64,000 nt of DNA from Paraspadella gotoi (Eukaryota > Animalia > Chaetognatha), in NCBI GenBank assembly GCA_051294375.1, contig CM119263.1:15726532-15790531 (forward strand), written 5' to 3'. A program made the translations under genes and the position numbers. The notes below the pieces were generated by a model. It ran no database searches and was not told the DNA's origin. It was given only the letters and a program-made list of their open reading frames with translations. Below, piece by piece: positions 56,401-64,000 of the stretch; the stretch's first letter is position 1, and each line of letters opens with the position of its first letter.

Positions 56401-56723
56401 AATCAATATCAAATGATTAATTCATGTCATTAATTCATTATGTCATTCATTCAGGGTTTATTCTTTCAAGTTTCCTCTTGATCCGAGACATGAAAGGGAT
56501 TTCTTTGACTCCGAATAACGATCGCAACTGTCAATAGTCGGTGATTTAGCCTCTTTCAAATAAATTACCAGTTGGTACAACGGTTAATCAAATGAGTATC
56601 GAATCGTGAAACATCTACTCATAAAAAATTTATATCTTGTACTATTCGCTCTCCGCCTGATCCCTTTACTCGGAGTTTCTTCTCACGCCTGACGCCTGTA
56701 CTAAACGCTCAGCGCCAGATGAC
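53488..56723. repeat. Long inverted repeat pair (53488-53835 vs 56458-56723)
   Basis: For example, GCGATCGTTATTGCGGAGTCAAAGAATCCCTTTCATGTCTCGG (53766-53808) matches its reverse complement at 56483-56525. The left arm is an insertion-rich version of the right arm. Confidence 0.85.
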
Positions 56724-56787
56724 GGAATTGCGAATCGCGAATCAGGTTATCAATCATTTTTTCACGGTCTCCTTGGAGACGGTAGTT

Positions 56788-56821
<34 letters not shown>

Positions 56822-56823
56822 GT

Positions 56824-57060
56824 GGGTTACAGGTGGAGAGGTAAGGGAGGGTCTGTTGATGAAATTTCTGCTGTCAACACCTTACTAGTGGGGCTTCATA
56901 GTGTTAGGTGGTTACAGGTGGGTAGGAGGCTTGTAAAATGAATATTTTCCCTCTGCTGTCACTCTACTATGGCCGTCATAGTGTAGTCTGGTTTCATGAG
57001 TGGGTAGCGAGGACTGTATGAATTGTTCTGCTGGTCCACTTACTATAGGCTTCATAGTGG
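56824..57060. repeat. Roughly 80-bp tandem repeat, three noisy copies
   Basis: The unit GGTTACAGGTGGGTAGGAGG..ATGAA..TCTGCTGTC..CTACTATAGGCTTCATAGTG recurs three times. Confidence 0.7.
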
Positions 57061-59105
57061 CCGCCCTTTGTTACTACCTCCCATCGCCCGCCCCGCCTTT
57101 TCCCGCTCGCNNNNNNNNNNNNNNNNNNNNNNNNNCTTTCTCTTCCCGGACCGAATCTCCCGGGAATTGGAAACAGATTTTAAAATCGGTGGCGTTAAAT
57201 TTGTTATCGCCGCTTTGGATTTCCTCCTGATCCACCGCATGCATTTTCTCTGGTCGAGGCTCTCGCTTCCATTTTTTTTGTTTTTCGTTTTTCTGTTTTT
57301 GTCTGTTTTCTTTTCTTGTTTTGTATATCTTATTCTTTTCTTTCCTTGTTTTTTTTTTCTTTCTTTCGTTCTTTTTGTTTTTTTTCTTTTTTTTTCTTTA
57401 CGTTTCTTTTCTTTTCTTTTCTCTTATTTTTTCTTCGAATTTGAATCGTTTTCCATTTCCTTCTCTTTTCTCCGTCATTGATTTCCTCACCTTCGACTTA
57501 GTCGCGTCGCAATCCAACGTCGCCCGCCGACGCAGAATTGGGGAAAATTTTGGTTGCTGACGCTGACCTTTTTTGTCTGCCGAAGAAAACTACCAAATTA
57601 ATTGATTGCAACTACACCACAGCACCGCTTTTTGCTATTAAAACTGTGACGATTTCCCAGTAATCTCGTTCGAATGTTGGATATGTTGATAAGGCGCAAA
57701 GTGGGCTGAAGATTTCTAATACTATCCCCTCAGCAGCCATGGAACGGGTCCTGGGCTTGGAACCAGGCTTGAGGGTTTTCCCGGCCCCCAAGGCGGTTTA
57801 CGGTCGTCCTCAGGGTAGGTACCGGGTTGATATTGAATCTGTAGCCGGGCATTGCAATATGTTCATTGTTCAACCCGCCTATAAACATGTAACCTTCATT
57901 TCTGACCCCGTGGCTCATTGAGTAAAGCCATCAGCTCATGACCACAAGGTACCGGGTGGATATTGAACCCGGCTACAGATACTCCTTAGTAAGTAGATGA
58001 ACTTGAACTAACACTCATAGCAGTTTTTAAATTGCCGTTTCTCGTCGCCAACTCCGCCGCAGCCGCCGACGCAGCCGCCGACGCAGCCGCCGACGCCATC
58101 TCCACTTCCCGCGCCGATTCTTTTAGTTCTGGACTCGAGTTCTCCAGATCCTCAAATTGGTTTCGCTTTTTTCTTCTTTTCTTCTTTTTTTCTTCCTCCT
58201 TCAATTTTTTTTTCTAATTTCCTCCTTTTTCTCTTTCCTTCTNNNNNNNNNNNNNNNNNNNNNNNNNNNNNNNNNNNNNNNNNNNNNNNNNNNNNNNNNN
58301 NNNNNNNNNNNNNNNNNNNNNNNNNNNNNNNNNNNNNNNNNNNNNNNNNNNNNNNNNNNNNNNNNNNNNNNNNNNNNNNNNNNNNNNNNNNNNNNNNNNN
58401 NNNNNNNNNNNNNNNNNNNNNNNNNNNNNNNNNNNNNNNNNNNNNNNNNNNNNNNNNNNNNNNNNNNNNNNNNNNNNNNNNNNNNNNNNNNNNNNNNNNN
58501 NNNNNNNNNNNNNNNNNNNNNNNNNNNNNNNNNNNNNNNNNNNNNNNNNNNNNNNNNNNNNNNNNNNNNNNNNNNNNNNNNNNNNNNNNNNNNNNNNNNN
58601 NNNNNNNNNNNNNNNNNNNNNNNNNNNNNNNNNNNNNNNNNNNNNNNNNNNNNNNNNNNNNNNNNNNNNNNNNNNNNNNNNNNNNNNNNNNNNNNNNNNN
58701 NNNNNNNNNNNNNNNNNNNNNNNNNNNNNNNNNNNNNNNNNNNNNNNNNNNNNACTCAATCCCTCATCCATCTCTTCTTTTCGATTTGGCGAAGTCGGCC
58801 CAACTTTTCCATCAGTCGATAACCAGCGTTTTTTTTTCCAAGTTTCAAGTTTCAAGTTTCAGTCAACTTTTTTTTTTAAATCGAAACCAACTGTACTTTT
58901 GTCTTGAGAAGTGGGCGACCGCCTTTTGTCTTTCCTTACAAAGTCTCTGATACTAATGTCCATGAAGAAAGTTAATCTAAAAGAATATTAGGATTCAAAA
59001 AATATCTATTGTTTCTCTATTTATAGTGATTTAAAATTAAGTTTGTTCAAATCGATACCATCGATGCCATCATATTCGAATTCTCTTTTTTTTTCAGACG
59101 TCAAG

Positions 59106-59172
59106 ATGAACGTTCGTCCTCCCGCTTTCCGTTTACTCCTTTTACTTCTGCTTTCATCGACTTTCTTCAAAG
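59106..59172 (+). CDS. Putative first coding exon (signal peptide MNVRPPAFRLLLLLLLSSTFFK) of an unidentified host secreted or membrane protein
   Basis: Strong acceptor TCTCTTTTTTTTTCAG| (exon starts 59098) and ATG at 59106 in an AAGATG context. The peptide has a basic N-region and a Leu-rich h-region. Consensus donor AAG|GTAAGT at 59173, phase 1. Downstream exons were not identified. Confidence 0.55.
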
Positions 59173-59292
59173 GTAAGTTCACTTTGTTTTTATCATTTTT
59201 TTCGTGTCTGTTTAATCTGTCTAGATTGAATTGTTGAGAACCGATGCATTAAAGCAACATTCTCTCTCGTCTCTCGACTGTCGGTCTGTTTT

Positions 59293-59366
<74 letters not shown>

Positions 59367-60024
59367 TCTCTCTCACCCATTTAGCCTCTCACTCCGACCG
59401 GCCATAAGTTTTCATCTCTTCCCTTGATGGTCTCCGACGCTGGACGATTTTCCCCTGAATCGATGCCGACCGAAGCGATGATCTCTTTCTCCCCGAAAGG
59501 TCAACTCTTTTTTTTTTCCCCGAGACCACCACTCAATCATTTTTTTCCCGTCACGTCTTGTCGACAATCGTCTCATTCCAGTTATAACGTTGTAGTCAAC
59601 CTCACCCGCCATCGATCTCTTCTCTCGCTCATTCGCCCAACTAACTCACCCAACTTCCCCCTTTCCTCACCCACATTTTCCTCACCACAAAACCTCCGCC
59701 CACAATCGATCGTCCTAATTTCCGAAACAGACGGTTCATAAACGGACTTCCGGTTTTGAATGTGGCGCCGTGATTCGGCGACCGGGATGGGCGGTGGGCG
59801 TGGCAAAGTTCCGGTTTGGGCGTGGCTTGGCGCCGTTGTGATCGGCCGAATCGAGCGCTCGAGTATTGAGACCGGGTCGTGGTGGAATAAAAAAACGGGC
59901 GAGGTGTTGGGAAGGGTGGAGGGGGGCGGTGCAGCTGGTCGCTGGAAGAGAAGGAAAGAAAATATTGAGATGAGGGAAAGGAAAAAGTTTAGATGGAGAA
60001 TGAAGAGACTAGATTTGCGAGGAT

Positions 60025-60112
60025 GAGAGACAAGATTTATTTGAAAAGAGACAAGATTTATTTGAAAAGAGACAAAATTTCGACATTTGAGATGAAAAGA
60101 GACAAGAATTTA
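60025..60112. repeat. 21-bp tandem repeat
   Basis: GAGACAAGATTTATTTGAAAA in 3-4 copies. Confidence 0.75.
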
Positions 60113-60141
60113 TGAAAAAAAGGTAGTGTGATGAAAAATGG

Positions 60142-60208
60142 GAAGAAGACGAAGAAGAAGAAGAAGAAGAAGAAGAAGAAGAAGAAGAAGAAGAAGAAGA
60201 AGAAGAAG

Positions 60209-60238
<30 letters not shown>
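60142..60238. repeat. (GAA)n microsatellite
   Basis: Directly visible. Confidence 0.97.
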
Positions 60239-60239
<1 letters not shown>

Positions 60240-62046
60240 TAGGAATAAAAAAGGATTTTTGATTCAAGAAAGAAAGAACTTAAAACCCGGCCCCGTTCGC
60301 TATATCGAGCTAGAATTTAAATATTTTCTTGAACGTGTTTTTTACGACGACTTCCTTTCCTATTTTGACTTTCACCTTCATCTTTTCACCTTAAATCTAG
60401 TTTTCTATCTTCGTCTTTTTATTCGGAACTGATTTAGTCGTACGTAGACATTCATATAAAAAAATAAGTTCTTTATTCGATCTTTTCATTTCGATTGAAT
60501 TATATCTTGTTTCTTGATTAAAATATTCAATTAAAACATACTTGGTTCCATAAAATGTAACCTTTTATTAATTGTTTCTCATTCATTTATTTATCTGTCC
60601 ATTGATCCACTCATAATTTCATGTTTTTATTTAAGGGTCCATTTTGCCATTCATATTTTCTCTCATTTCATTCCTCATTGCAACTCGTTTCTTCCTCAAC
60701 CCAATTTTATTCTTTTCGTCCAAAGAAATATGAGAAAAGAAGAAAAATCATCGTGTCGTCATCGACATGACAGAACATTGAAGCGAAGTCATACAATTCT
60801 CTTCTCTAATGGACCCTATCATCAATCCCTCCGTCGATCCTCTACAGTTCTGATCTTGTCTCTTATTTTGCCGAAACTTCCTCCGGTCCGTTCCGGTCCG
60901 TTCCGGTCCTTACAGCCAGGTCTCGGTGTCAATATAACGTTAGAAAAAGAAAGAGAAAAGTATTCAGCCACGAGTTTGGGATTAAGCTAAGACAAAAAAA
61001 AGTTATGAATACGAGAAAAGTCCATCAACGAATTCGATTAGTGAAGAGGACGAACTGGGAAAAAAAGAAGGCGAAAAAAAAAAACGGAGCTGCGGTGAGT
61101 AATGCGACGGACCGGCTAAGATAGTTAGAAGCTTGACTTACATTAAAGTTTAAAATAATTAAGTTAAAGTCCTAGTTTAACCTGAATTTGAAAGCTGTGT
61201 CTCGGACAGAAAAAATCCTTTCAGCTAATTGTATTTATAAGAAATAGTCCGGGTTTTTTGATAAAAATTCGGTTTGAAACGCTCAATTAAAAAAAAAAAA
61301 ACGTTCATCGTGCTAAACACTTGTATCACTCCAGCCTGTATCACATTTAAAACCCAAGTGGCTCAAGTATCGCTTAGTCACGTAGAATTCCCGTCCGAAG
61401 ACCCAAACAAAAACAAAAGGGAATCTTCACGCTGGGCTGGCGAGGGAAACGTGTCCCAATTAGCGGGATGCTCTCTTGGTCGGACTCTTTTCTTGCTCCC
61501 TTCGTTTTGGACTTTTAAACAAAAAGGAATACTATTCATTTTTAAAAAGTCATAGTGCTCTCTCTATATATTCTATCGAATTAGGCTTAACGTGGAAATT
61601 AAACTTACATTTAACTAAAAACTGTTTACGATAATTATTTCAGAGGGTTCCAGCCGATTTGATATTAAGTAACATATATTATCAAAATAAAAGGAAATTT
61701 CTACATAAAGGAAACAAAACCAAACAGAAACAAAAAAAAAATGAATTGACGTCATTGTCATCGTTGTCGTCGTCGTCGTTCCTCGTTGTCATAATCCTCT
61801 TCCACTTTTCCTCGTCGTTAGAATCGTCCCCCGGTATGTCGTTGGCATCACTTTCGCAGTTATCGTTTGTTTTAAAGTGGAAAAAGCAAACTCGTCGTTG
61901 TCGTTGTCGTCGTCGTCGTCGTCGTTGTCGTCGTCGTCGGCGCAATTATCGTCTGTGTCAACGTGAGAAACTTACCCGTCATCGACCGCGCCGACTCCTC
62001 CTCGGCTTCCATTCAATCACAGAGGCGCACTGCTCCTCGTAATTTA

Positions 62047-62205
<159 letters not shown>

Positions 62206-63606
62206 TTTTTCTTTTTTCATCTATTTTTTTCTTTTTATATTATTATTTATCTTTCACTTTAAATGTATATTTTTGTCTACCCTTTTTCTTTGGGTCTTTC
62301 TATCTCCCTTCCTTTCCTATTCCTATGATCATCCGTCTCCTTTTTTCTAACCCCCCCATCTTCTCCCCCCTCACCTCATTCTGGATCTGTTTCGCACACA
62401 CAATGACACACACAGAGACATCGCAAACGACTACCCGGTTAGAAAACGGGAATAATTTTCTTTTTACAACGCGCTAAGAAGATTCTCACGGCGTCGGTGC
62501 CATTGTCCGAGAGAGACTTCACTGGGAGTAGTTACAGGTCTTAACTACTCTACAGCGAATCTGCTTTACGACGACACCAGATACTACGTTCGTTTAATCG
62601 TATCGTTTGCACCACACGAGAAATTCAGTCGTTTTAATAATTCAGCACATAATAACTATATCTCATAAGTGTCAATAATTTATGACGACCATCATAAAGA
62701 TGTAATGATAGGACTCATGGGATCATGGGTTCCAGACCCAGTCATCCTTCTCCACCTTACCCGCGCCTCCCTACCTCCGCCTTAAACTCCCCGGAGATTT
62801 CTCGAGCCGCTCATTGTTCCCATGGAAACGCCTGTCACTCCCGTTGCTAAGAAGACGCTCGTACCATTGTCGTCGTCGCCGGCGGATTTTCTCAGTGTTG
62901 AGATGTCGTTCGTTCGTCGCTCGTTCGCCGTCAGGACGGATGTAATAAAAGAATGATAAAAAAGTTGAAAACACTCGGATTGAAAATAAAAGAATCAAAT
63001 TAAAAGGTATACATTAATACATTAATCGTGAGCTGAAAAAAAAAAGTTACAACCGTTAAGAAAGCAATTTAAAGTCATTAAAAAAAACTTACCTACTGGC
63101 GGCGACAGTCTTTCAATCTTTGGCGTCCAAAACCTCTTACGTCAAGTTCCGTCAACCTTATTTACAGCAACTTCCCGCTCTATTTATTTATGGTTAAGCA
63201 GACGTTTAAGCATTGAAGCAAACAAGCGCACTGATTGACAGCAAGACCGGCCGACCGTAAAGTATTTCAATGACTCACGGCAGAAAGTCCATAAAGAACC
63301 AACTTCGGTTCTTTGTTTTTGCGCCGCGAGTCGTGAGCGATAGCGGGTAATTTTTTTTTTTTTGTTTAAAAAAAATGAGGTTATCGTAAGACGATGAAGA
63401 AAAGGCGGTGAAGCGGAAAAAAAAACTGCAATTAGTTGTTCGCGTTAATCTGTTCACAGCTTGGAAGTTTCCTGTTGTCGGCATGTCCTGCTGTCATGTT
63501 ATAAAGTTTTGCAAAGACTTAAAAATTACTTTAAATTATTCTTCTTTTTTTTTTGAAATTATACCGATAAAAACATTAACGTTATTTATCATCGATGGGC
63601 TTCCAG

Positions 63607-63636
63607 TGGTGACAACAGTGGGATTCGAAACCAAGC
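63607..63636 (-). pseudogene. tRNA 3'-end fragment or SINE remnant
   Basis: The minus strand reads TGGTTTCGAATCCCACTGTTGTCACCA: a T-arm/B box plus an acceptor strand ending in CCA. Confidence 0.35.
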
Positions 63637-64000
63637 CTCTTTTTCCCACTCCGTCATTGCTTTGCTCTCTCTCTCATATTCTTCGCGCCTTTTNNNNNNN
63701 NNNNNNNNNNNNNNNNNNNNNNNNNNNNNNNNNNNNNNNNNNNNNNNNNNNNNNNNNNNNNNNNNNNNNNNNNNNNNNNNNNNNNNNNNNNNNNNNNNNN
63801 NNNNNNNNNNNNNNNNNNNNNNNNNNNNNNNNNNNNNNNNNNNNNNNNNNNNNNNNNNNNNNNNNNNNNNNNNNNNNNNNNNNNNNNNNNNNNNNNNNNN
63901 NNNNNNNNNNNNNNNNNNNNNNNNNNNNNNNNNNNNNNCCTCGCCTCTCTTTTCCCCCCGCGATCTTTGTCTTCATTATTTTCCCGGCCCGGCTCCCGAT

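Overview
This is a gene-poor, microsatellite-saturated window from a eukaryotic (probably invertebrate animal) draft assembly. It has 15 N-gaps, and several segments look like uncorrected long-read gap fill. Almost all of the supplied ORFs are simple-repeat artefacts. The main feature is a GC-rich island at about 11.5-19.4 kb. Read across many frameshifts, it looks like a Ty3/gypsy LTR-retroelement pol (RT-RNase H-integrase, + strand), then an unexplained accessory region, then a probable class III (herpes gB/chuvirus G-like) envelope glycoprotein. Other features are a family of short fold-back insertions (two with clear TSDs) carrying minimal hammerhead-ribozyme cores of the Penelope type, a TA-flanked Tc1/mariner-type MITE, an L2/CR1-like LINE RT fragment, tRNA-derived SINE-like pieces and one convincing host signal-peptide exon at 59.1 kb. 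All protein calls are by-eye motif matches, not database results.
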